Below, piece by piece: positions 52,101 to 64,000 of a stretch of DNA of 64,000 nucleotides; positions within the stretch are counted from its first letter, which is position 1; the number at the start of each line of letters is the position of its first letter. The stretch comes from Mytilus californianus (Eukaryota): positions 33,480,001-33,544,000 of the forward strand of contig NW_026262745.1 in assembly GCF_021869535.1 (NCBI RefSeq), read 5' to 3'. The notes beneath the pieces were generated by a model that saw only the letters and a list, made by a program, of their open reading frames with translations, had not been told where the DNA came from and searched no databases. The position numbers were made by a program, and so were the translations under genes.

Positions 52101-55100
52101 AAGAATGCAACCATATACAATTATGGCTTGTAGAAAAGGTAAAATAAGTATTTAGGGTTGATAAATTTGGATATTCATAGATTAAGAGGGGCTAGAACTG
52201 TTTTTTTTAAAAGGGACATTTATGAGGGATATCCTAGGCACTAGATAAATTTCCAAGCCTTGTTTCCTCAACACTTGATGGCTTCTCTGGCAGTTGCCAT
52301 TTTGTGTACACATGCCTGCGATGTCATTTTGATGGGAGATAACTTGTGAACAAATCAAGAAGCTCAAAGGGTTATTCAATGGTGATTAATAGGGTAATTC
52401 ATCGCTAGGTATAAATTTTTAGGGTAATTTGTCCTTCCTTGGATTCATATGAAAATTATCTGAATTATTCCATGTCACTTGATAATGTGTTACCCAATAA
52501 AATTGTTTATTATACATGTAAGGTATAATAATAGCACATATCTCCCTGTTTCTATCCCTAGAATAATCAAAATCTGTGAGTAAAATACCCTTACTGAATA
52601 AAGTTTAAAAATCCTTAAACAGAGTTATCATGATGCAGGGAAATGTTTTAATCACTTGTATATTTGAGATATAGTTTATATTTCTAAACTATATATGATC
52701 AGTCAATGATGTCAAAATAACCATTTGGCAGGTGAAAGGCAAAAATGTGGAGTCTGACTCTGAGTCAAAAATACTGACCCAAAACAATAATTATGACAAA
52801 TCTTAATCTCATGTTTTTATTATTTAATATGTATTCTGAATATAATTGCTTTTCCTTTTTCTATTTATTATCCTTTATTCAACATGTTCTTTCTCATACC
52901 AACAAAATCTTACAGTAGTTAACAACTGGTGCCCTCTACTTACTGGAAATAAGAGCAAAATTAAGGACCAGAATGACAGAAGATTTCATTGTTTTTTTAG
53001 TATAACATGCCATCACATGTCATTTCTTACCTCTAACACAGCACCTTCTGAACTGTATAGAGCTGCCAGTACTGATTTCTATAATATAACAGACAGTATG
53101 TGATTATTGTATTGATACCTACAAGCAAGACCAATGTTTGTTTCATGAAAGAATATCAATATGATCATAAATCTATGTTTCCTATTTTAATGTGTACTCA
53201 AATCATATATGTACTGGTTGTCTATCTTTATATAGGAAATAACAAATAGTAGTTCTCCATTTGAATCATTCAACAGTTTAATTGTATGTATTTATGCTTC
53301 ATAAACTTATGTTTTAATTCTATAGTAATAAAAAGTATTGGGAGAAATTCATTTGATGAATAAGAAATATAGATCCTAAAGACTTTTAAAAAAGCCCTAT
53401 ACTATATATATACATAAAGCTAGGGAATTTGAATTTTACTAGTAAAATGTTTTTCAGCAATTACATCCATTTAATTAAAAAAAAAAGATTTTTAAAAAGC
53501 CCTATATACCGTCTTTTGGGATGTATAGTGCGCACCCCTTTATGGTCCAAGAAACGTGAGAAAAAATGTTTATTGTTCGTATAAGACTCGTAGACATTTT
53601 CGGAAAAGTTACAGCTCCAAAATCGGCAAACAGGAAGTCTATCGGTAAACTGGAAGTTTTTTAAATGGACACCGATGTCAGAGAATTCCGTACGGAATAC
53701 GTAATTGATATGAAATTGCAAATATTCTGACAAATGAGTAAGAATTTTATTAGATTGAGATAAATCTACATTTAAGTTTGTTTTTTTAAACCAAATTTAA
53801 TAAATTGTTTGAGTATCAAGGACAAGATTAAATATCCAAATTAATGTTCTGATTGAAACAATAACATAATTACGAATCATTAACATCATTAGTGCTGTTA
53901 TAAATTGTTAAAATCTCATTATTTTTATTTTTTGTTTGTCGATTCTAGCTGTTAATCCGGATTATCACACCTCAATCAACGGTCTAATCGTTGTCAAAAC
54001 AAATCAGTGACATGTTCACTTTGTTCCTAATTAAATTCATTCAGGTTACAATTATGGGATTATCATGATTTCAATCATAATTTCTTCTTGAACAGTTTTA
54101 AACAGTTACTTAAAAGTTACAAAGTAGAAACGTATTTATAAAAATAAACTTCTCATAGACTAAATCATCACTTTACAATATCAAGTCACATGACTGACCC
54201 ACATGACTGGCGATCACCTGATACATTAGAAAAAATGGCGGTTTATCTTTTCAAAACGAGCATGGTTTATTCAATTTTCATACACTTTTCTTCTACTCTC
54301 CATGATGAACACATACAAAAACAGTAAGTTATGACAACAAGGAACACAGAGACTAATTTAACCGACAACAAAAGCTTTATTGTGTCTTTATTAAGACATG
54401 GCAAATTTCCGGATTGCAAACAGATGGACACATTTACAGGATAAACGTAACTACAGAGATATAAAATGTATTTTATTTGAATAAAACATGACAAATCAAG
54501 AACAATAAGATACATATTACAAATATAACATGTAAAACATAAAAACAATCGAGGTTTTAGCAAAAATATTCCGTACTCTTCACTTCTCCTGGAAATTTCT
54601 TTGTCGGAGTTTGGACCTGAAAAAAGTCTTAAGAAAATGTCTGTAGGCATGTATAACGTGCACCCCTCTTACAAGAATCATGACCCAGGGTATAAATGTG
54701 TGCACTATACATACCAAAAGACGGTAATGGAATTTGAATTTTAATAGTAAAATATTTTTCAGCAAATACATCCATTTAATTATTCCTCACCATTGAAAAG
54801 TTTTATACTTTAAAAAAAAAGTATGTTTTCACATTATTGACAACTTACAGAAGCAACTTGATATGAATTATTTGTCCCTCTGTGATCAATATCATGGCAA
54901 AGGCAGGATACAAACAATGCAAACAATTCTATATCTCTGGAATAAAATATCATATTTAACAGAATAAAATATCATGTTTAGCAGAATAGAATACCAGATT
55001 TAACAGAATATTATTAGTTACATAGTGAGCTAGTGACCTAATACGATATATATGGGGTCAGTAAATTCCATATGGGGATTCTAGTGAAGCCCCATATGGA

Positions 55101-58100
55101 ATTTACTGACCCCATATATATCGTATTAGGTCAGTGAAGCCCCATATGGAATTTACTGACCCCATATATATCGTATTAGGTCACTAGCACACTATGTCAC
55201 GAATTTATTTTACCGACTATCTTAACATGTGGTATTTAGACTAGTGGCCTATCAAAGTGATCAAGTCATCAATACCGTTAGTAATAAGAACCTACTTCCA
55301 TTGGTCTATACAAAAACAAATGCCAACAATAACAACTTGTTAGCTTTAAATGTGTTTTATGAGTTTATTTCAATCATTCATCATCAATTTCTTTGTCTGT
55401 TAAAACCTTTAGGATTTCTCCTGAACACCGTGTTGTTTTTATAAAGGGATGTAACACCACTACTAAACGTGTATTGAAATAAGCCCCACCTACTAACCCA
55501 ATATGGAATATACACTGTCTCCACGCAGTTGCTTTTAACCAATCATATTTCTAGAAATGTTTAGGAGGTAAGATAAAATATCATATTTAACAGAATGGAA
55601 TACCAGATTTAACAGAATGGAATATCATATTTAACAAAATAGAATATCATATTTAAATGAAAAGAATGTTATATTTAACAGAATAAAATATCATATTTAA
55701 CAGAATAAAATATCATATTTAACAAAATAGAATATCATATTTAACTTAATAGAATATCATAGTTAACAGAATAGCATCATATTTGTCATAAAAAATACTA
55801 TTTTTTTCACTTTTAAACTGCAAACATTTTTATTTCAAGAGGGTATGCTTAGAGGGACAGATGAGTACTATGATAACTAATTTTTCACCTATAAATGTGT
55901 TACAAATCATAGTGGAATAATATGCTAAAGCCAACTTACAAATTAAAAATAAGTGTTCTAGTGACCTTTCCCTATGACCTGCTGGCCACCAATAAATAGG
56001 CATATTCAACCTTCCCTATATCTATATCTGTAGAAGTTATTTTAATCGAACAAGGGAAACTCAATTTACCATCAGGAGAAGTTTCATTTTAATCAAACAA
56101 GGGAAACTCAATTTACCATCAGAAGAAGTTTCATTTTAATCAAACAAGGGAAACTTAATTTACCATCAGGAGAAGTTTCATTTTAATCAAACAAGGGAAA
56201 CTCAATTTACCATCAGGAGAAGTTTCATTTTAATCAAACAAGGGAAACTCAATTAACCATCCGGACACCATTTTTCCAATTTTTTCCCCTCTTTTTAGTA
56301 ACAGTGACCTTGATCTTTATTCTATTGACACCATAATCAATAGGCTTCTCCCCCTTCCCTATATCTTCTATCTTGTAAGTTTTAGTTCAAGAAAGAGATA
56401 CTCAAGTTATCATCTGTAAATATTCAGGGAGCATAATATATGCAGAAATGAAAAGTTCATGTCTTGGTATGAGGAAACACCAAAAATCACCGGGATCAAC
56501 AACAACAACAAAACATAATATATGTTGCACAACTTGATGTCCTTTGAAGAATCTGTGCAAGTTTGGTGGAATTATGTCCAGCTGTTGCATATTTACAGAC
56601 TGATATATGCAAAAATGTCAACAATCTTTGTTTTGATTTGATAAACCAAACAATAAATTCAGATCAAAAATTAAAACAAGACGACAGAAATAATCCTAAT
56701 GTAACACTGAGGACATTGCTGTCATGAGACACACCTTGATACTATTTAATAAAAAAAAATTCTACAGTAATGTTAGTATTGCATGGACTTTAAACTGCAT
56801 AGTTTTTTCTTTTTTTGCTAAAATATTTTTATAAAACTTATACATGAAAAGTTAGCTTGACAAATATAATTGATGATATACTACTTACTCCATACATTCA
56901 TTCAACTTAAAATTCTTTATACACAGATAACAGAAATGTGCTACTGCAAAGGCATGCATCCAATTATGATATGGTGGGTTTCTGTATCCTTTTTTTACCA
57001 TCAATATAAATCTGTAATATATATAACACTTTCTTTATCACCAATAATAAATGTTAGCATATGACATATTGTCCTTACATATTTCCGTGAAAACAGTGGT
57101 TAAAACATATTAACATTAAATTTGACAGAATTTTCCTTCCATAATATTAACATTAAATTTGACAGAATTTTCCTTCCATAATATTAACATTAAATTTGAC
57201 AGACTTTTCCTTCCATAATATTAACATTAAATTTGACAGACTTTTCCTTCCATAATATTAACATTAAATTTGACAGACTTTTACTAAATATTCATAACAA
57301 GTTAATAAATTCAACAAAACTATTCCGCACATATTAGTCTATACACACTAAATATTTTTTCAAACATTTGAATGGGAATGTCCAACATTTTTTAGAAAAG
57401 AAAAACTGCATACTAGAATTCAGTTTAATATCTGAAGGCACAACAAAACGCTGACAGTATATCAGACGATGGAAATGACAGACATACAGTCAAACCTGCC
57501 GTAAATGTCACCTCTTTTTTAAGTAAAAACCTGTCTTGTCAGTTCATCCTTTCCTTGTTCTGCATTGGAATACCTTTGCATTTTGATCCTCAATTCAAAG
57601 TTCATCTCTCTTATAAGGTCAGTTTTCTCTTGACCCGAGAGCCACCTTTATATGCAGGTTTGACTGTAATTCATTGTTGGTTGTTGGAACCATTTTAGTG
57701 CAGTGAACTTTAAAAAATTCTTTTACAATTTGATTATCTGCTTGCTTAGTACCTTGCAAGTGTATCTCGCTTTATTCTCCATCTTGATATAAATCCTAAA
57801 TCTTCAAACATACTTAAACAGCACTGAAATGAAAAATAAGTAAGAAATTAAATAAAAAGAACATATAATTTCAAAACAGAATTTATTGTCAGAGTAAATG
57901 CCTATCAGTTATCTCTTGGTCCAAATACTTCATTGTCTACATAAAACAGTCTTTTGCTATTAATGAACAATGAACAAAATTTCACATGGAACTACCTGAC
58001 TGAGTTACACACTAGATTTTATGGCATTCAGCGAAATACATTTCTATGAATTTTATCTTAACAATTCATACACAAGTATGCATTGCCCTTTCAAACCTTA

Positions 58101-61100
58101 ATTCTTTTTCATTTGACTCCTAATCTAAGTGCAAGCTATTTTTCCTATTGTTAACTTACTCAAACTATTTAGGGCTATTCCATTAAAATGAATGCTCATG
58201 AAGGTAATCCAGAAAACTAATGTATAAATCATTATTTTCATTTTAAAGTAAGGGAGAAAATATTAGTTGTATGTCCAATCTGTAAAACAGTTTCAGATGA
58301 GATGGCTTCACAATGTATCATTGTTAAGATATAACAAAAAAAGATCAAAGTTTATAACGCCTGGTAAAATGGTCATATCAAAATGACAGTATAATAAGGT
58401 CAAAGAGAATGACGACAAATAACCCTACCAAGTATGCAAGCTTTCTGTCATACATTCTCAGAGTATTGATGTGTTTTTGACATACACACGAAAGGAGACC
58501 ATAACAACATTAAACTTTACAGTGTTGATTTTGTCTAGTGTGAGTAGGAACCCTAGCTTGTGTCATGAATCAATACACAATATTCTTTTGTTTTGATCAC
58601 AATAAAAGGTTTTACTATACTTAATTAATTAACTATATACAATCATATTGAATTACAGACTTCATGATCATAAAAATATAATACCACTGTCATATGATAC
58701 ATACTAATGGCGTGTCATCTTCTGGAACTTCTCTTGGTGGATAATTAAATTTGCTGAAATTAGGATGCCAGTGAGATGGAGGTGGAATTTCACTTTGTGC
58801 TAATTCCTGAACTTCATCACTTGCCACCTGGAATTCATAAAGGTGATTAGAATCTTTCATTCATCTCTGTCGTTTACTTAGAGCAAATTTGCAATACACC
58901 TTTGTAAATAAATTTTGGACTTGAAAGAAAGAGATTTTCAACTTTCTATGATAAACTGCATTTTAGTTTTATTGTTTTGTTTTGTTCTGCAGTATGTAAT
59001 TCAATAAGTCTACTTTTATGTTTATGATATAATTTAACATATTTATAAAATATAAACAAATAAGCAAGCATTATTTCTTTTAAAACATTTATTTGAAAAG
59101 AATTGTAATCTCTTAAAACTTAACATGCTGCCATCAGGTAGGCACATATTGGAATATAGAGTAAATGTAGGAAAAACTTGTTATTCTCTACTATTTCAAA
59201 CATTTCATCAGCATAAAATTGAGAATGGAAATGGGGAATGTGTCAAAGAGACAACAACCCGACCATAGATCAGACAACAGCCGAAGGCCACCAATGGGTC
59301 TTCAATGCAGCGAGAAACTCCCTCACCCGGAGGCGTCCTTCAGCTGGCCCCTAAACAAATATGTATACTAGTTCAGCATGCACTATTACACATGTATTTT
59401 GGTTAATTTTTTTTCTTTGGAGGGAGGGCAGTGTTTTTTGGTTGTTTATATGTATATAAAAATATTATGTTTGCCATAAACTGCACAAAAGTGTAACTAA
59501 ACTAATCCACAAAACATAACAAAGACACCAAAAAGCATTCCGTCACAATCATACATAATGTTCGGGTAATCAGGTAACTATAGGATGAACATGTCATGTC
59601 ATATTTCGTTTATATCATCAGTTCAATAGTGGTTGATTCAGTACTTTTTTTACATATTTTCTAAACTTTCCTTTTGATAAACTAAGAAATTATTAAGAAC
59701 CTAATGTTTAAACTTCCTCAGACAAAGCTGACCTTAGATGAATTTGGCTATTCTATTTAGGTCTTTTTTTGTCATTTACATCCTAACATTGCTACATATT
59801 TGTACATCTTTGGCTTTAAGCTGTTTGGGTTTGAACCTTCCAGATGAAGAAAGATCCAGAAAAAGTGTTATTTTGATTCAACTGATAGAGGGGGTGTAAT
59901 CAAACCAAATTAGAACATCTCATCGTTTAAACAATGATGACTCACCAAAAAACTAAACTCTTTGTCACAGCTTATATTGAAGGACTCTAAACCCTAATAA
60001 AGCATATGCTGTGGATTGGGTGAAATTGTTTTAAAGAAGTCAAATGCATAATCTAAAGGCAAAGCCACAAAAAAAAAAATATCAAAAGGCCCAGCTGCTG
60101 CACTACTGATGAACAATGACCTCTTTACCTTTAAAAAATCTACATATTTTCATTCTTTGACAACAAACCTGCATATGATAGATCATTAATTCATTTGCTA
60201 ATTTATTCCTGTGCTGTGATCGTTGTAACTTCTGGTACATAAGAGACTGAAATCAAAATTACAACATAAATACAGGAAAAGTAATCAAATGTTAAATTAT
60301 ACTTTGGTTAACTAAAAATATGTAAAGCGAACTACAACACAGATGCTATAAAGCTAATGAAGATTAAAAACTAAATATACTATCTATGTATGACTATAAT
60401 ACATGAACAGCTTAAACTTTAACCAGTTTTATATATTCTACATATTTCATCAGCTTTTAAAACTATCTATTTCCAAATTATTTGCACAATTAAAGAAACT
60501 TTATTTCAAAAACAGTGTAGAGTATATTTTAAATGCCTCAACAAAAAAGCAACTTTGTAAATAGTATCTATATATAAAAACAATATTAATTTTAATGTCA
60601 AAGCAAAAGTAGAAAATGAACTTTCAATTATCAAGACCAGCTGTTCATCCATTATATTTAGAAAAAAATGAGCTAAGAGTAAGTTATATCCAGTGCTAGA
60701 ATGATTTTGCATTAAGTTTTCAATTCATCCATCATACAAGAGTCAAAAGAATATAAGATATGTCTAAATTAATGTCTAAGATATTACATTTTAAGTTTTA
60801 AATGTCAGAATTCATATAACAATTCCCTGACTCTTGACCTTTTCATATAATTGATTTTTGATCAACTAATACAATCTTTCTTCATTCTAGCACGGGCAAA
60901 GAAAATCAATCTAATTACAAAACAGAATAACCAAAGAAATATCAAACAAGATGATTGAATTTATGTGTTATATAAGACGACAGTGTACGACAGGATACCT
61001 TCATATGATAAACCATTAATTCGTTAGCAAGGCTGTTACGATATTGAGCAGCTATGACTTTCTGGTACATCAAAGACTGTAATAATTGACAAATTCTTAT

Positions 61101-63343
61101 TATTAAATATTTCTATTCTAAAAAGATTTGGGAAACACATCCACTGGTATTTGCTGACAACAAGTACTCTGAGAGAAATGATCTGACATGTTGAATTATA
61201 TTTGATTGAATTGTCTTCTCTGAAGACCTTATCAACTCATCTCAGTTTTGAACAATGTGGCATTCTGGTATTCTATATAATTTAATCATATGTTACATAG
61301 ATACTATTCATATATTTTCACTGGCACGCCTCGTCCAATTTAAAAAAAAATTTGGTTTGGAGCATATAGGATAGTTTAAATAAGATTGTGTGTCCATAAG
61401 ACACTATTTCCCATTTAAGACATCATTGAATCACATTTTCATGCTCTGTAATGTATAAAATCTGGGTCAAAACTATAATTTAGCAAAAAAAATTTAAAGT
61501 TCACATCATTATGAACATTTGTACTAAGTTTAAAATTGAAGTGACCATAACTTCATGGCAAACTACAGTGACCAAAACCTTCAACCTAAAATGGGAAGGA
61601 CAAACCAACAATCTGACGAATGCAAAGACAAAGAACATAATGCCCCCTTACTATTGTAGGCAGGACATAAAAACATGCACAGTCAAGCTATCAATAGGAT
61701 CAACACTAACTTGGGACAAAAAAAGAAAGAACAGTACATGATTTGAAAAGCAGGGTCATAATTTGCTTGCTACTACAGGAAATCAAAGCAAGGTAAGGTA
61801 ACCACACTGTTGGTTGAATACTGCAACCCAAGAAAACAAAAAATCAATTTCAATTTAATACAATTCTTCTCTCTGCATGTGAACTTTAATAACAACAGCT
61901 TGTAATGACATTTAGAGACAATTCATCAAAGTTTATCATTTCAACTGAAATTGATTTTGCACTGTCAAATGATAATTTCATTTCATAACGATATAAAGAT
62001 ATCTTGTTACATCATCCATTTTAAATGTATCTTCCACAAAATTCTCACATATTCATAGAAAATTACATAAAAACCTTAAACCTTAATAATTTAAATACAC
62101 TGTTACTTACCAAGTTTCATCATTATTTAGATTAAAAACAGAAAGCAATTGAAACTAGTAGCATTTTAATAAAAGGATCTTAATGCTGAACAAATTAGGT
62201 CAAGTCAAGCAATTTCTGTCTTAAAGTACGTCTGTTAATTATGTCGACTAAACTCTTAATCAAGACTTGTTATGCATTTGTCTCTAAATTGTACAAAACA
62301 CTAGACTTCATAATAAAATTCTTTAAGGATTAAAATTATAAATAAAGCAACCATTTCTAAAATAGAAAGGATATTTACTAAACCCTTTGCATCTAACCAC
62401 TGAAAGACTAATATCCTTATTCCTCTCCAACAATCTTCTAGTGTCCTTAAACGAATCCTCAACAATATAACTGTTCATCTAGCCAGTAGCCTTAGGACTG
62501 ATGACCTTTGACAGTAGCAGGTTTGTGTCAATATAAGTAGTACTATTAGACTTCACAATAGACTTTTGAATTTCAAGTCCTGAAGCTGATTTTTAAGAAA
62601 ATTTTAGTTAGATTATATTGGCCTGTGGAGATGTTTTTTACAGGCCCGACAGAAGTTTTACAAGCCTGGGCTGGTGGGTATGTGGTTGAGCACGAAGACT
62701 GTACTATACTGTATTCTTGGACAATATCTATTTTATTTTACCTTTCACTTATCTGTTACCATGGATCCAGTTTTTGGACCCAAAGACAAAATATTTATCT
62801 TTGGGTTAAACCAGAGCTCCCAAAAAAAAATAATAAGAGTCAGCTGGACATTTTTTGACAATCCTGTTTATTTTTAACAATCAAGGTAATCATTAGGTAT
62901 CAAGGACAATGACTGACCACAGGCAATTTACTCTGAAAAAAAACCCCAATATACCTTCATATAACACAAGGAACCCAACTCCCATTTTTGAGAAATGACA
63001 CTCCGTCGCAAACTTTTGTTATATTTCTATTTTGTGGTTGTCTATCCTACTGAAACTTGTTATGTTGTAAATCTACATTTAATTATCTACAAGATGTAGG
63101 TCACGCTTATTTTTGTTGTTGGGATCATTTGTAGCAGGCCATCCAAGTTGGTTAACCTAAATTATTTCGTCTTCTCACAGTTCTCTCAAATTCAATATAT
63201 AAATGTATATTATTTGAAAGTACTTACATGACTTATACTAATACAACAGTAAACAGCAAATGCCGAAGCAACATCCTCATCAAAGGTGGTAAAATATGGA
63301 CCATTCATTTTATTACAAAGCTGAGCTACTCCTAACACATTAT
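46160..63343 (-). CDS. PDE2A: cGMP-stimulated 3',5'-cyclic nucleotide phosphodiesterase 2A orthologue, 3' part (5' exons lie beyond the window)
   Basis: Exons in transcription order: 63343-63228, 61076-60999 (or 60246-60169), 58827-58705, 57823-57753, 57011-56889, 54936-54849, 53078-53031, 51785-51711, 51352-51253, 50036-49924, 48882-48737, 46370-46160. All are AG/GT-bounded with matching phases. Peptides include [16 protein letters not shown] (GAF-B end), [78 protein letters not shown] and [14 protein letters not shown], all typical of PDE2. Confidence 0.96.
47120..48650 (+). mobile_element. Nested HINE-like elements: the 161-bp-array element (47297-48265) is inserted in another array element
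   Basis: Host units (aagggcataactc..ttcataacatttggttgaggcaaac..agttagagaa) occur on both sides of the insert, and the host ends with the hairpin gccccc..gcgggggc. The host family recurs at about 63610-64000. Confidence 0.8.
53507..54726. mobile_element. Tc1/mariner (pogo)-type non-autonomous DNA transposon in a PDE2A intron
   Basis: TA|ccgtcttttgggatgtatagtgcgcac ... gtgtgcactatacataccaaaagacgg|TA: ~27-bp TIRs with TA flanks and no transposase ORF. Confidence 0.8.
55011..55575. mobile_element. Short element with a 57-bp inverted repeat and an internal 50-bp duplication, inserted in a 22-bp minisatellite
   Basis: 55021-55077 is the reverse complement of 55140-55196 (1 mismatch), and 55083-55132 is repeated at 55133-55182. 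Units of aacagaataaaatatcatattt flank both sides (about 54940-55010 and 55575-55785). Confidence 0.75.
56031..56265. repeat. 47-bp minisatellite, about 5 copies
   Basis: caaggg anchors at 56051, 56098, 56145, 56192 and 56239. Confidence 0.92.
57107..57282. repeat. 37-bp minisatellite, about 5 copies
   Basis: atattaacattaaatttgacaga(a/c)ttttccttccata at 57107, 57144, 57181, 57218 and 57255. Confidence 0.92.
60169..60246 (-). CDS. PDE2A: PDE2A linker-helix exon, variant B ([26 protein letters not shown])
   Basis: gatttcag| acceptor, CAG|gtttgt donor, 78 nt, phase 0-0, no stops. Paralogous to variant A with many synonymous differences. Confidence 0.85.
60999..61076 (-). CDS. PDE2A: PDE2A linker-helix exon, variant A ([26 protein letters not shown])
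   Basis: ttacag| acceptor, AAG|gtatcc donor, 78 nt, phase 0-0. Matches the PDE2 SLLYKKV..QYRS.LANEMMMYHMK segment. Confidence 0.9.
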
Positions 63344-63418
63344 CTACAAAACAAAGGTGGTAAAATATGGACCATTATTTTATCACAAAGCTGAGCTACT
63401 AACACATTATCTACAAAA
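63281..63418 (-). repeat. Tandem duplication (71 + 67 bp) of a PDE2A splice acceptor and exon start
   Basis: 63281-63351 and 63352-63418 are near-identical. The transcriptionally upstream copy lacks 3 nt (GGA) and a further 1 nt, and has AAT>GAT. Confidence 0.9.
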
Positions 63419-64000
63419 CAAAATATACATATATCTATTTCTTTCTTTCCTAGATATGCTAAAGATTTTAAAAGTATTCAGCAAATAAGAGAGAAAATTT
63501 CAGGATTATATGCTTTCTTTCTGCAATTTTTTGTCAACCAAATTTATTTTCAAGGTGTACTGTGGTGTTAGAGTTTATTAGAACGTCACAAACTATGTCT
63601 TTAAAAAAAATAAAGGAAGAATGTGTCTGAATACACGAATGCCTCCGCTCAATCTTTGCAATTTTCCAAGTTCAAAAGGGGCATAATTCTAGAACAGTAT
63701 ATGACTTAACAACTCAAATTTGAACTCTGTCTGCAGGTTGTCGTTTTTAGCATTGTGTGTGAGTTTCATAAAATTTGGATGAGACAAACAAGTAACTGTG
63801 CGGAAACAAAAAAAATTTGCAATTTTCCAACTTATAAAGGGGCATAACTCTAGAACAGTTAGTGACTCACTGCCCAAATTCAAACTCTGTCTACGAGCTT
63901 TGGTTCTAAGCATTGTGTATGAGTTTCATAAAATTTGCATGAGGCAAACTTAAGTTAGAGTGCAGAAACAAAAATTGGACGGACAGACCGACTGAAAAAC

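Noticed and set aside
56402-56590. 62-aa minus-strand ORF inside PDE2A
   Set aside because: Not needed for the PDE2 alignment, since the flanking exons join in phase without it, and no homology is evident.
62111-62185. 75-nt segment on the minus strand bounded by ttgttcag and gtaagt, between the GAF-B exon and the linker exons
   Set aside because: Stops in all three frames and no similarity to the 78-nt exons. It could only be a poison exon, which needs RNA data.
62250-62600. Mostly open minus-strand frame in a PDE2A intron
   Set aside because: Contains stops, has no motif I can name and lacks suitable splice sites.
1-64000. Bacterial contamination or a prokaryotic system as the explanation for anmK
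   Set aside because: anmK has a spliceosomal intron, is flanked by host repeats, and has no operon neighbours, RBS pattern or composition break.

Overview
AT-rich eukaryotic genomic DNA with GT-AG introns. The interspersed repeats look like those of a bivalve mollusc, probably Mytilus (inference from repeat recognition, no database search). There is no sign of prokaryotic operons, rRNA, intact tRNA or CRISPR. Four spliced genes can be built with consistent exon phases: (1) a small secreted Cys-rich peptide gene (6480-7032, +) with a possible alternative last exon at 9906-10120; (2) a type II membrane carbohydrate 6-O-sulfotransferase (CHST-like, 11355-18114, +, 4 exons); (3) a two-exon, bacterial-type anhydro-N-acetylmuramic acid kinase (anmK-like, 24226-26427, -); (4) the 3' part of a PDE2A orthologue (46160-63343, -), from the end of GAF-B through the catalytic domain. 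Between them lie SINEs, Penelope-like and CR1/L2 remnants, Helentron-associated (HINE-like) elements with satellite arrays, TIR elements, minisatellites and a Gag-only LTR element. The most notable observations are: the intron-containing anmK-like gene (candidate horizontal transfer); an identical 168-bp piece of its exon 1 inserted into a dead RT exactly 3000 bp away; two paralogous 78-nt exons (candidate mutually exclusive pair) encoding the PDE2A GAF-B/catalytic linker helix; a duplicated splice acceptor in PDE2A; the pol-less LTR element; and the unrecognised secreted peptide.
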